Source: an uncultured virus (IMG/VR IMGVR_UViG_3300025769_000088)
Taxonomy: Duplodnaviria > Heunggongvirae > Uroviricota > Caudoviricetes
DNA length: 20,000 nucleotides
Strand: one strand, 5' to 3'
Virus record (IMG/VR): IMGVR_UViG_3300025769_000088
The notes under the pieces are model-generated. The model saw nothing but the letters and a program-made list of their open reading frames with translations, did not search any database and was not told the origin of the DNA. The translations under genes and the position numbers were made by a program. Below, piece by piece: positions 8,159 through 17,212 of this stretch. Each line of letters begins with the position of its first letter. Within the stretch, counting starts at the first letter, position 1.

Positions 8159-9337
8159 TTACTCTCCACGAACAATCTGACATCCGAGGTTGCCATCAAC
8201 AAGAACACCGCCGACCAGGCAGTCCATCGAGATCGTCGATGTCTTGGTCGTGATATTGTAGTCACGGATCAGCCGGATGCTGAGGTCTTCGTAGGTGACC
8301 ACTGCACCAGAAGCTTCCTGCGGGATTTCCAGAGGAACCGCAGCGAAAGCGAAGGCACGAGGATTGAACGCAGCACCTTGCAACGTTCGAGTTCCGGCAC
8401 TGCCGTCGTAGACCGTCATTGCAGTCGCGTCGGCAATCGCCGTTCGAATCGGCTCCACGATGGTCAGCGTACCAGCGCTTGAGCTGGCAGTATTGTCTGC
8501 CGCCACAACCACGTTTCCGTAGCCAGCGATGTAGACAATGTCGCCTTCCTTGAAGGTTCCTGAAACCTCATCGCCAGTGTCGTAAGGGATGCTGGTGGCA
8601 CCCACAGCAACAGCGGCAGAGGTCAGAGCCGTATCCATCGTACCTGAGGTGTGGACCGTCGAGCTGTCGACGTTCTGGTCCATGAAGTGGCTCATACTCA
8701 TGAGCTGGCCCATACGAGCCTGCTCCAGAGCCGTACCGCCGTCACCACGTTTGTCAGCTTCGACAAAGCTGTCGATCGACAAGAGAGCCTGCTTGTAAGC
8801 CGGGCTCACAAGCTGAACACGTTCTGCCATCGGAACCTTCTGCTCATCGAGCTTGCGGTTGATAGCTGCCAGGTGACCGATGGTCGTTGGCAACGCGCCG
8901 GGAAGAACAGCAGTGCTGCCATCCCACGAGGTTTCGCCGGTTCCGCCGATGTTCGGAAGATGCTTCAGCTTGGTCAACGCATAGGCGTCGATCTGCTCGG
9001 CCATCTTCAGGACGTTCGGAGCGAGCAGCTGCTCACTGAAACTCTGCAGGTCCAAGGTCCACTGCTTCGAGGTGACCGCGAACGACAAGTCGTAGTGCTT
9101 TTCCAGCACCAGGTTGACGTTCGATTCAGTGATGTCGTCAACGGTGATCGAGGAAGTGAATTCCCGAACCGTTCCCGAGCCACGTCGGCGAATACGAATC
9201 GTATCGCCGATCATCTCGTTGCCGGTGAAGTTCGCTTCGTAGCGACGATCGAACAGCTTGACGCCGACGAGCGTGGATCGCAGAAGCATCAGTGCTTCAC
9301 GAGCAATGTCGTCAATCGTCAGAATAGTATTCGCCAT
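8159..9337 (-). CDS. Major capsid protein, P22 coat (gp5)-like (392 aa)
   Basis: MANTILTIDDIAREALMLL, IGDTIRIR, AEQID, AFAFAAVPL and SIRL...DCLVG motifs plus an insertion domain (FKEGDIVYIAG). Strong SD, follows the scaffold gene and is followed by a terminator. Confidence 0.9.
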   Translation of the reverse strand: MANTILTIDDIAREALMLLRSTLVGVKLFDRRYEANFTGNEMIGDTIRIRRRGSGTVREFTSSITVDDITESNVNLVLEKHYDLSFAVTSKQWTLDLQSFSEQLLAPNVLKMAEQIDAYALTKLKHLPNIGGTGETSWDGSTAVLPGALPTTIGHLAAINRKLDEQKVPMAERVQLVSPAYKQALLSIDSFVEADKRGDGGTALEQARMGQLMSMSHFMDQNVDSSTVHTSGTMDTALTSAAVAVGATSIPYDTGDEVSGTFKEGDIVYIAGYGNVVVAADNTASSSAGTLTIVEPIRTAIADATAMTVYDGSAGTRTLQGAAFNPRAFAFAAVPLEIPQEASGAVVTYEDLSIRLIRDYNITTKTSTISMDCLVGGVLVDGNLGCQIVRGE

Positions 9338-9368
9338 GGTAACTCTCCCCTAATCAGGATTTAGATGA

Positions 9369-9395
9369 GGTGAGAGTGTTGGCGAACACCCCACC
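9369..9395 (-). promoter_or_regulatory. Stem-loop between scaffold and capsid genes (possible mRNA stabiliser or processing site)
   Basis: RNA GGUGGGGUGUU-CGCC-AACACUCUCACC forms 11 bp with one bulge; no U-tail. Confidence 0.45.
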
Positions 9396-9396
9396 G

Positions 9397-10212
9397 TCAA
9401 TAAGGCTTCTTCTTTTTGGAAATCTCTGCTTGGCGATACGCTTCGAACTCTTCGAAGCTCATCTTGCTTGTGTCCACGCCACCAGTCGGTCCACCGGAAT
9501 TTGATCCAGTGGCATTCGAACTCTTCGAAGGTGCCCACCAGTGAGCACATGGTTCTTTCTGTGCTTCCAGCCAGTCTTCCACGGAGTAAGGACTGACTCC
9601 GTCCTTTCCGATCTTGACGACTCCGTCCTTGTCACGAATTTCCTGACGTCCAGTTTCCTCATTGAAGTGATTGAAGACTCCTTCGGCCCGAGACATGACG
9701 TCCGGAGTTGCCGCCTTCTGGAATCCCTCTGAAGACGCTGTCACAGACAGCACTTCCACTTCACGCATCTTCTTGACGTACTTGTCTTTGGCTTCCTGCT
9801 CTGCAGCCTTGACGGCTGCCACAGCATCCTGCTGCTCTTTGAGCTTGCCTTCATAACTCTTGATCAGTTCCTGGTTCTTCTCCTGGAACACTTCCTGCCA
9901 CTCACCCTTCTGGATGCGTTGCAGCGTTTCGTCGCCTGCCGTCTTCTGCTGCAGCTCGATGAGACTTTTGATCCCGTCTTCGCCGCCCAACTGTCCAAGA
10001 ATGCTGTTCGCTTTCTTGAGGTCTTCCGCAGCCTTCCGTTTCTCTTCGAGAATGGTGTCTCGGTTCTGTTTCAGGGGAGCCGTCGCTGCTTCAACCGCAG
10101 CGTCGATTTTTGCCTGAATGTCGTCCTCTTTCGGCGGGTCGCCGTCGTCAAAAGGTCGAGTCAGTTTTCGAGAAAATTTACACGTCGAGATCGAGAAAAG
10201 AGTCGTCATCAC
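9397..10212 (-). CDS. Capsid scaffolding protein
   Basis: Coiled-coil, Lys/Glu-rich sequence (IQAKIDAAVEAATAPLKQNRDTILEEK), HWWAPSKSSNATGS linker and C-terminal SKMSFEEFEAYR capsid-binding helix. SD AGGAGG; start at GTG 10212 or ATG 10209. Confidence 0.85.
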   Translation of the reverse strand: MMTTLFSISTCKFSRKLTRPFDDGDPPKEDDIQAKIDAAVEAATAPLKQNRDTILEEKRKAAEDLKKANSILGQLGGEDGIKSLIELQQKTAGDETLQRIQKGEWQEVFQEKNQELIKSYEGKLKEQQDAVAAVKAAEQEAKDKYVKKMREVEVLSVTASSEGFQKAATPDVMSRAEGVFNHFNEETGRQEIRDKDGVVKIGKDGVSPYSVEDWLEAQKEPCAHWWAPSKSSNATGSNSGGPTGGVDTSKMSFEEFEAYRQAEISKKKKPY

Positions 10213-10296
10213 AACCCTCCTGGGTTCGTGGTGTTAGCCCCTTCTGGGACTGCGGAAAATCGACGATCGGTCACAGACTTCACGTCACAGTCATTT

Positions 10297-10347
10297 ACTA
10301 TAGAACGAGCTGAGCAAATAACTCAAGGGCCATTACTCATTTTTTTT
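10297..10347 (-). promoter_or_regulatory. Putative sigma70-type promoter for scaffold/capsid genes
   Basis: TTGAGT (10326-10321), 18-nt spacer, TATAGT (10302-10297), with an upstream A8 tract (UP-like) in a 137-nt intergenic gap. Confidence 0.55.
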
Positions 10348-10349
10348 GA

Positions 10350-11447
10350 TTACTCAAAACCTTCCCTAACCTGCAGCTCTGCAAGGGTTAAGGGTCTGCC
10401 GGTAGGGCCATCAAAAAGCTTACTGAAGTCCAGCGTCCCGGTCTCCAGTAATCGGAACCTGCGTGGCCCTAAGATGTCCTTCTGAACATCTGCAGGTTGT
10501 TTCGTGAGCCACTGCTCGTAAGAGGTCTGCCTGGGCAGGATGCCGTCCACTATTGCGGACACTAAAGAACGGCAACGAAAATGAATTGGGGGTCGTAAAG
10601 TGGGCGGCTCCAGTCGCGGAAGCCCAGGGTCGAGGGTGTCTTCCATGCCGAACAGCGGAGCGACTCTGCCGTCCAGCCCGCGACAACGTGAACTGGTTTT
10701 TTCGTCCAGCACTGCCGACCAGACGAGACCGCTGATGCGTTTCTTGTTCTTTACCCACACCTTCTCACGCACGGACTGTGTGACTTCGACGGCTGCCGTC
10801 TTGACGACGCCGTCGACCTTGTCACGCAGCCTCGCCGAGATGCCGTCTGAAAAGTCGCTGTTCGGAGTACCTCGAATGCTCTCTGCAATGTCAGTGATCG
10901 GACGGGAGTCTCGTAAGCCCAGACGAATTTCCTGGGCAACCTGTGCCGTGTCGTTGGCTGCCAGCAGGTCGAACCAGTCGTCAAGCGTCTTTCCCCGGAG
11001 AGGCGTCCGCTTCACCAAGGTCTTCACCGACGATTCCGGAAATGAAAAAGTCCGGAAGGGAGCAAGTGTCGCAGGAGAATCTCTCAGCACCCGGCGCACA
11101 GCATTCTGCTGCCACGTTGCTTCCCAGATCGCCAGTGCCACCATCTCCTTGTTGATCAGGCTTTTCGATTCCTGCCACGACTGCATCCTTTCTCTGGAGA
11201 GTTCTTTGATGACTCGCTCGACCTTCGGCTGCTGACTGACGTAGTTCGCCGCCGTAATGAGACCAATCCTTTCCAACTCCAGAATGATCCTGGCAATGAA
11301 CCGGTCTTCGTTCTCGTTCATCTGCCGGACGACGCTGCGTGTCGCTCCATTAGCGACTCGCAGGATGCCTAGCTGGTGACCGATCAGCAGGTCTTGCAGG
11401 AAGTCTGCTCGCGACTCCGAATTTCCTTCTTCGACGTAATCAGCCAT
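10350..11447 (-). CDS. Minor head morphogenesis protein (SPP1 gp7 / Mu gpF family)
   Basis: WSAVLDEKTSSRCRGLDG, RPPIHFRCRS and SYEQWLTKQP..VQ..ILG motifs. Confidence 0.92.
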   Translation of the reverse strand: MADYVEEGNSESRADFLQDLLIGHQLGILRVANGATRSVVRQMNENEDRFIARIILELERIGLITAANYVSQQPKVERVIKELSRERMQSWQESKSLINKEMVALAIWEATWQQNAVRRVLRDSPATLAPFRTFSFPESSVKTLVKRTPLRGKTLDDWFDLLAANDTAQVAQEIRLGLRDSRPITDIAESIRGTPNSDFSDGISARLRDKVDGVVKTAAVEVTQSVREKVWVKNKKRISGLVWSAVLDEKTSSRCRGLDGRVAPLFGMEDTLDPGLPRLEPPTLRPPIHFRCRSLVSAIVDGILPRQTSYEQWLTKQPADVQKDILGPRRFRLLETGTLDFSKLFDGPTGRPLTLAELQVREGFE

Positions 11448-12228
11448 TCTCTTCCTGCTTCTTGAGTTCTTCCGTCAGGTCAGGCAGATTCTCAACTTCA
11501 ACGTCGATGATCTTCTCGTGCCCGGCTCGCCACTCCTCAATGCTCTGGGCTACCGGAGCCACGGCGAGGATGCCGGTGTGCTTGACTTCGATTTCTCCAG
11601 AGACCTCTACCGAGACTTTCTCGCGATTCGCACCCCATTCCTCAGGATGACGTCGAGCCAGCAGATGAGCAGCGGCTCGCCAGTCGTCTTTCGCTGCCTC
11701 GTGAATCATGGTCGTCAACTCATTCGAGTTGATCCCTTCCGCCGTCAACATGCCTTCGTAGTACGTCATGCAGTTGAGCTGATGTTCCGTGACTTCCAGG
11801 TCAGCGTTCTTGATGTACTTCTCCAGCATCTTCTGGCCGAGCTTCAGCCAGCCTCGATGCGTGTTGGAATCCACTCCCAGTTGTCGAGCCACAGCGACTC
11901 GGCTGCAGCCTTTCAGGATCAGCCTGAACGCCTTACGCATGAACCAGGGAGTCAGCAGGCCGTCTACCGGAACGTCCTGCCCTATCGTGGACAGGTCCGC
12001 AATGCGAGCCGTCGCCAATCCCCCGATACGCTGAGCCATCTCATCGGCCACAGAGTCATTCGAAAAGGTGGACGCAATCATCTCCTGCAACTCGTTCAGG
12101 TTCTCCGTCTGAGTTTCAGGCGGCTTGCTGAAGATTTGCTTTTCGAGATGCTGACGAACAGTCAGTGTCGGAACGTTACGTCCCGGTCCCGGCTTCGCCA
12201 GCTCCTTCGCTATCGCTGTTGCTGACAT
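11440..12228 (-). CDS. Terminase small subunit-like HTH protein (probable start 12228, MSATAIAK)
   Basis: HTH (LILKGCSRVAVARQLGVDSNTHRGWLKLG), DWRAAAHLLARRHPEEWG motif and beta/C-terminal GILAVAP...EEW segment. SD GGAG before ATG 12228; overlaps the portal 3' end by 53 nt. Confidence 0.6.
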   Translation of the reverse strand: MSATAIAKELAKPGPGRNVPTLTVRQHLEKQIFSKPPETQTENLNELQEMIASTFSNDSVADEMAQRIGGLATARIADLSTIGQDVPVDGLLTPWFMRKAFRLILKGCSRVAVARQLGVDSNTHRGWLKLGQKMLEKYIKNADLEVTEHQLNCMTYYEGMLTAEGINSNELTTMIHEAAKDDWRAAAHLLARRHPEEWGANREKVSVEVSGEIEVKHTGILAVAPVAQSIEEWRAGHEKIIDVEVENLPDLTEELKKQEENG

Positions 12229-13732
12229 CTTCGGTCTCCGCCAATCGGCCAATCAGCCCGAACGCCGTGTCGATGTCCGACGTTGAGCCGTTGAGTTCTT
12301 CTTCGTACGTCAGGTGTGTGAGCTGACGTTTCCGCATCTGAGCGTGAATCGTCTCGTTCGACAGCGGCACGCCGTTGCGAATGGCCAGGTCTTTCGCCTG
12401 CATCAGGAACAACAGTTCCTGGTAGCCCATCTGACCTTCGGTGAAGTTAACGTTCGGGTTGAACGTGATCTCTTCCACTTCGCTGTCAGACATGCCGGAC
12501 AAACGTCCGACCATACGCAAGGCTTCCTGCAATCCGGCACCTGCGTTCTTGACCAACGCCTTCACCGAGACCTGCTTCATTCCCTGACGTATTCGCAGTG
12601 CCTCGGCAGCTTCAGCCCCCTTCGAAGCAGACTCAAGTAGATGTCCAGCCTCACCGTAAAATCGACTGTATTCTGAGTCGATGGCTTTGAGCTGCAGTGG
12701 GATTCCCTGTCCGTCGATGTCGAGGTATCCAACCTTGGCTTCGGAGTCTGGCAGTCCCCAGATGGAGCTGCCTCCGATTTCGGTGGGGATGTCGTCTTCC
12801 GCCACACCAGTGACCCATGCCTGCGGATCACCTTTGATGTACAGCGAGCGATTTGCATCCGCACTTTTTCGGAAGATGGCAAGTGCTCTCTTCGCCATCG
12901 GCCACGCTGGGACAGGTCCATAGGAAAATCCAATGTCTGTGGCGTTGATAATGGTCAGCGGAATTTGATCGAATGCCGTCCCGAATATCTCTGGTCGCAT
13001 CCAGCCATCAGTGGTGGTTTCCGGAGTAATGACGATTTCAACTTTTCCATCCTTGATCTTCTTCCAGACTCGTACCCAATACTCGTCCTCGAAGAGTCGC
13101 AGCTCTCGATACATCATGACTTCAACATGCTTGAAGTCATCGTGCTCGTCCGGAGCCATGCCGTGCTCGCCGAGCACCACCATCTGTGCTTTTTCGCCTT
13201 CGCATTTCTCGGAAAGTCTCCAGTTGCGAATAGTTTCCGCCGTGTACTGGCAGAGGTGCATCTGGGCTCCCTGCAGGCCGAGTCCGCCCTTCACGTCGGC
13301 CAGGAGTCCAATCCGTCCTGTGTAGAACAACTCCTGTGTGACGAGCTGCCACAGCTCTTCGATCGAGTCGCCGTCACCGGTCGCCTTCTTCGCCAGGTAA
13401 CTCAACTTCTCCGGCAGGTTGTATTCCGGCGGCTTCTCATGGACCAGGCCCATGATGCCCTGGATCATCGGTGCGGTGATCTCGGGAAAATCGGCAAACG
13501 TCTTGTAGAAGTCGTACCTGGTCTGCAGCCGGTTCGTCAGCTTGTCGTTGATCGACTGCTCGGGACCAGGCTGCATGCCTGGGGGCGGCGGCAGGTAATC
13601 GCGAACATTCTCTGCGGCGAGCACCGCAGGCTCGCCCTCGATGACGTCACGCACCTTCTTCCAGATCGGTGAGATTCGATCGTAGGATGGGTGCGTCGTT
13701 TCAACCTTCGGACGTTCGACTTCGTCAGCCAT
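12176..13732 (-). CDS. Portal protein (DUF4055-type, 518 aa)
   Basis: HPSY...WKKVRDVIEGE, YLP, TGRIGLLAD, YTAETIRNW and DQIPL motifs; directly after TerL with a TAATG overlap. Confidence 0.9.
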   Translation of the reverse strand: MADEVERPKVETTHPSYDRISPIWKKVRDVIEGEPAVLAAENVRDYLPPPPGMQPGPEQSINDKLTNRLQTRYDFYKTFADFPEITAPMIQGIMGLVHEKPPEYNLPEKLSYLAKKATGDGDSIEELWQLVTQELFYTGRIGLLADVKGGLGLQGAQMHLCQYTAETIRNWRLSEKCEGEKAQMVVLGEHGMAPDEHDDFKHVEVMMYRELRLFEDEYWVRVWKKIKDGKVEIVITPETTTDGWMRPEIFGTAFDQIPLTIINATDIGFSYGPVPAWPMAKRALAIFRKSADANRSLYIKGDPQAWVTGVAEDDIPTEIGGSSIWGLPDSEAKVGYLDIDGQGIPLQLKAIDSEYSRFYGEAGHLLESASKGAEAAEALRIRQGMKQVSVKALVKNAGAGLQEALRMVGRLSGMSDSEVEEITFNPNVNFTEGQMGYQELLFLMQAKDLAIRNGVPLSNETIHAQMRKRQLTHLTYEEELNGSTSDIDTAFGLIGRLAETEDVSNSDSEGAGEAGTGT

Positions 13733-15312
13733 TATCTGCCTCGAATTTTCTTGTTAACCATCTTGCCGGTCCTACTGTACAGGCGATAACGTACCTCATC
13801 CGCTACGTGATCCTCAGCCTCGGTGTTGCAATCTTCTGTGTTCTTATCGTCTCTCGGCAAGACCGGCACCGTACGAATAAACGCATCACACGTATCAAAA
13901 ACATACAGTCCAGGATGCTCTCTGGGTAGTCCGTCCTTTTTGAACGACGCCTGCAACCGGTTCCGAATTCGCTGCCAGCCCAGGATACGGCTGCCTGCTG
14001 ATTTGTCAGCGCGAGTCCAGCGGACGCCCATGTTGGACATCGCCTTGGCGATCGACTGCCCGTTCGTCGTGTCGTAAATGGACGTGTCCGCCGGTCCTGG
14101 GTGAATCGTCTTGCCCATCAACATCGGATGCTGCGTCTGCAGCTCTTTGATGCCGTTGGCGATCTCCCGGTCAGTCAGCATCAGCCCTTTGTTTTCTTCA
14201 CCCTTCTTGCACATGTACCACTCGTGGATGCGAAACAGGTCGCCCCGCACGGTCGACACGCGGAAGCCTGCTGCGTTGATGTAATCCGTGCCGTCAGACT
14301 CTGCCCACCAGCCCACCGAGGATGGTTTGGACGAGCCCCAGTCGAACGACCTGTCGATTCTCCACGACTTCGGAATCTTAAAAGGCTCCACGATGTGGAC
14401 AGTCGAATCCCACAGGTCGTCGAACATCCCACCAGCGACAACGTCCCATGAACCATGGAGCCATGCTTTCAACTGACTCGGTGAGCTTGCCGATGCGGCA
14501 ATTGTGGCTTTGTAGCCAGGGTCAGCGTCGAGCAGTAAGAAGTTCTCGTCGATGTCGCCGTGAATGGCAATACGTTCCGGCTGGTACATCGGCTTGCCCT
14601 GGTTGTCCAGGATCGCTCGACCCTTCTCGTCGGTCATGACGTCGCCGCCACAAATCTCGCCGAATCGCTTACCTTCTTTAACCGGCAACTTGTACCTGGC
14701 TTTTACCCAATTATGTCCACATCCGTGCGGATTTGTCGTTGCACGAATCATCTTCGGAACCTGTGGGTTCGTCGTTCGATTCGTCGAGAGCATGACGACA
14801 AAGCAATCCTTCGACGGCCACGTCGTGAGTTCTTCCCATCCGATGAACGGATAGTTATGGCCGTGGTACTTGTTGTAGTCGGTAGGCACTCGCATGTGCC
14901 CGAAGTAGAGTCGCTCTCCAGTCGGCCATTCCCAGAAGTGCTTCCCTTTGTTGTACGTCGCCTCAGGGAAGATTTCCGTGAACCACTTATCCGCCTTGCC
15001 GATGATGTCTTCCAGCTCGGGATACGTCCGGCGAAAGATGATGCCACGCCAATCCTTGCCCCACTTCCCGATGTGCTGAGCGAAGCTCATCAGCAACGCA
15101 TCGGTCTTACCTGGGCCTCGTGTTCCGGCGTAACAAACTTCCTGGATCGCACATTCCATGAACCCTTTCTGACTGCCCGGCATGGGAGCCCAGGTGAGCA
15201 GGACGATGTTCCCGTCCGGGTCGCGGGAGTACGGCCTAAGCTGCCCGTCGACACGTCCCCAGTGAACTTCGGGCGTGAAGCTCTGGGTAGGCTGTGTGGC
15301 TGTTGCTGTCAT
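13732..15312 (-). CDS. terL: Terminase large subunit (526 aa)
   Basis: Walker A YAGTRGPGKT, FRRTYPEL, Walker B FIGWEELT, coupling motif RATTNP.G.GH.WVK, and nuclease motifs SFDWG and EDHVADEVRY. Confidence 0.96.
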   Translation of the reverse strand: MTATATQPTQSFTPEVHWGRVDGQLRPYSRDPDGNIVLLTWAPMPGSQKGFMECAIQEVCYAGTRGPGKTDALLMSFAQHIGKWGKDWRGIIFRRTYPELEDIIGKADKWFTEIFPEATYNKGKHFWEWPTGERLYFGHMRVPTDYNKYHGHNYPFIGWEELTTWPSKDCFVVMLSTNRTTNPQVPKMIRATTNPHGCGHNWVKARYKLPVKEGKRFGEICGGDVMTDEKGRAILDNQGKPMYQPERIAIHGDIDENFLLLDADPGYKATIAASASSPSQLKAWLHGSWDVVAGGMFDDLWDSTVHIVEPFKIPKSWRIDRSFDWGSSKPSSVGWWAESDGTDYINAAGFRVSTVRGDLFRIHEWYMCKKGEENKGLMLTDREIANGIKELQTQHPMLMGKTIHPGPADTSIYDTTNGQSIAKAMSNMGVRWTRADKSAGSRILGWQRIRNRLQASFKKDGLPREHPGLYVFDTCDAFIRTVPVLPRDDKNTEDCNTEAEDHVADEVRYRLYSRTGKMVNKKIRGR

Positions 15313-15932
15313 TTTGGCTGTTCATTTTTTTTTAACTGGAGAGCGGCCTGCAGTATCGGACAGCCCGCGTAAAAGCGAAATATGGTTCTCTTTTCTGCCA
15401 GTGCCACTTGCTGAGCAAGTGGTGCGGGAATTTGTTGTGAGGGGACGGCTGTTCGATCCCCGACGTTTCTCGGAGGCTCGTTCAGCAGTGCTTTTACACA
15501 AACATCTTCTCTAAAGAACAGCAGTGCGGCAACGAGATCATTCTGCAGTTGTTCAAAACGACCTACGAATTGACAGGCGGAGTAGTCACTTCCGAACATG
15601 CCTTCAAAGCTTCTCCCTACAAAGCCCGGTTCTATTTTCTGCAGGACGTTTTCAAGAAACTGCGAGAACGTGTCGGCTCTGCAGGCGTTGTCGATCTCAC
15701 AGTCTTTCCAGCCATGAGAGACTCGGTGACGCCAGTACGATTCGTACCATGTCAAGGGATGTCGAACAAACCCGAAGGCGGGCATGTCTGGCCCTTTTCC
15801 TGAAGACCAGTGGTACTGCTCGTCGTTCCCCAACTCCCAAGAGTTGGGGCAACTGGCTCGGATGGCTGTCGTGCAGTACGTGGTTCCGGTCTTTGCCATT
15901 CGCAAAAACCGACAGTTCCGAAGAATCAGCAT
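15309..15932 (-). CDS. Sulfotransferase family 2-like protein (207 aa)
   Basis: 5'-PSB-like FLRMAKTGTT, 3'-PB-like FGFVRHPLTWYESYW and FVGRFEQLQNDL motifs in the order expected for carbohydrate sulfotransferase-like proteins. Confidence 0.75.
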   Translation of the reverse strand: MLILRNCRFLRMAKTGTTYCTTAIRASCPNSWELGNDEQYHWSSGKGPDMPAFGFVRHPLTWYESYWRHRVSHGWKDCEIDNACRADTFSQFLENVLQKIEPGFVGRSFEGMFGSDYSACQFVGRFEQLQNDLVAALLFFREDVCVKALLNEPPRNVGDRTAVPSQQIPAPLAQQVALAEKRTIFRFYAGCPILQAALQLKKNEQPK

Positions 15933-16813
15933 ACCTGCTTTTTGCCATTTCTGTCTTTGAACAGGTGCCCCATCTTGACCGACCAGTCAATGGCGAAATC
16001 GATGCCCCGAGAATTCAGAGCGTATCCCCAGTTCATGTCAGTGCCTTTGAGGCCGCCATAGGTACGACCTATGCCAACTTCGCGAATGGCATCCGTACGA
16101 GTCAGCCACAGTCCCATGTGCCCAGCTCCGATGGTCTCGACGCCTCGCCTCTTCTCCGGAAGGTTAATCGTAGAAATTTTCAGTGCAAACTGAGCCCCGA
16201 CACGAGCATGTACTTCAAAGTCCACAGAGATCGAACTTTTAGCTCCACGATAAATGAAATCACGTCTGTCGTTGCATTGGCCGATTACCGTGCCAATGCT
16301 CTCATCCTGAATGACGTGGTAAAGCTTCTCGAAAGAATCACTGGGAATGACAACGTCATCTTCCAGGTTCAGGCACAGCGGCAACTTCTGATCAATCAAC
16401 TCTTCGTAGATGTGCCGATAAAAAGCATCGCATCGAGCGCTGAGGGCTTGGCAATTGTGCTGAAGATGTGAGGGAACTTCGTAGTTCCTGTCTTCAACAA
16501 TCGTGTAGCTGTCAATCTCCGCCTGACAGAACGCCAGAAGCCGCTGCGAGAATTTCGGGCTGTTCCCGTTATCGTAGACCAGCAAGTGGCTGCGGTGCAG
16601 TGGTAGTCTTCCCAATGACCTCTTCCAGTCCGCGAAGCAGAACGCCCTTCCTGCCATTGGGCAGACAACATTGATGTCGATGGATTTCTTCCGGCTCTTC
16701 TTCTCTTCAACGGTCTTTATCAGGCCGATGTCGAATTCATCAAGCATGGACAGTCCGGAGTTTCCCGACTTTCCGCTGTTGCCGTTGTAGTTGAAGTTGA
16801 AGGCGTCTTCCAT
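15926..16813 (-). CDS. Glycosyltransferase, GT-A fold / GT2-like (295 aa)
   Basis: INVVCP first strand, LLVYDNGNS, DxD-like LNLEDDVVIP, GAGHMGLWLTR, GTDMNW (catalytic-base position) and IDWSVKMGH. SD GGAG. Confidence 0.8.
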   Translation of the reverse strand: MEDAFNFNYNGNSGKSGNSGLSMLDEFDIGLIKTVEEKKSRKKSIDINVVCPMAGRAFCFADWKRSLGRLPLHRSHLLVYDNGNSPKFSQRLLAFCQAEIDSYTIVEDRNYEVPSHLQHNCQALSARCDAFYRHIYEELIDQKLPLCLNLEDDVVIPSDSFEKLYHVIQDESIGTVIGQCNDRRDFIYRGAKSSISVDFEVHARVGAQFALKISTINLPEKRRGVETIGAGHMGLWLTRTDAIREVGIGRTYGGLKGTDMNWGYALNSRGIDFAIDWSVKMGHLFKDRNGKKQVC

Positions 16814-16814
16814 G

Positions 16815-17147
16815 TTAGTACTCCAAGGTATGCATCGAAGTCAGAGAGCCCTGCACCGCAGTCCCGCCGGTCGTCAAGGTGATGACCATGACGTCGCCTG
16901 TCACGTCACCAGCCATTTCAGGCAGCTCCAAGGGACCAGGTCCCGCCTGAGTGACCGGCACACTGAGAACTTCCACGCCGTCGATCGTGATCGTGAGACG
17001 ACCTGGAGTCGTCGTCAGCGTCTTGTCGTAGCCGAACAGCAAAAAGTGCAGCGCGACTCGCTTGTTCGCCGGAGGCGTGATGGTGATCACCGTGGAAGTG
17101 TTGTCCGCTGCTTCGGCGGTGGTCCAGACTTGTCCTGCTTTGGGCAT
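16815..17147 (-). CDS. Hypothetical Thr-rich beta-strand protein (110 aa), possibly virion-associated
   Basis: Strong SD AAAAGGAG; 20 of 110 residues are Thr; alternating beta pattern; stop is 1 nt before the GT start. Confidence 0.65.
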   Translation of the reverse strand: MPKAGQVWTTAEAADNTSTVITITPPANKRVALHFLLFGYDKTLTTTPGRLTITIDGVEVLSVPVTQAGPGPLELPEMAGDVTGDVMVITLTTGGTAVQGSLTSMHTLEY

Positions 17148-17212
17148 TTGAAGCTCCTTTTGGATAGCTGTTTTCTTAAAATCCTGTGCAGATACTTCCT
17201 GACTGTCAAGGC

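Noticed and set aside
13732..15312. Intein or intron in terL
   Set aside because: Length is normal, the motifs are contiguous and no splice-junction signatures are visible.
15524..16471. 315-aa plus-strand ORF and other long plus-strand ORFs (e.g. 196..786, 8651..9364, 11518..12225, 14560..15372)
   Set aside because: These are antisense shadows of well-supported minus-strand genes, with no recognisable motifs and atypical composition.
16745..16813. Asn/Gly/Ser-rich N-terminal extension of the glycosyltransferase (FNFNYNGNSGKSGNSG)
   Set aside because: A short low-complexity leader that could also reflect a later start at Met23; too little evidence to assign a function.
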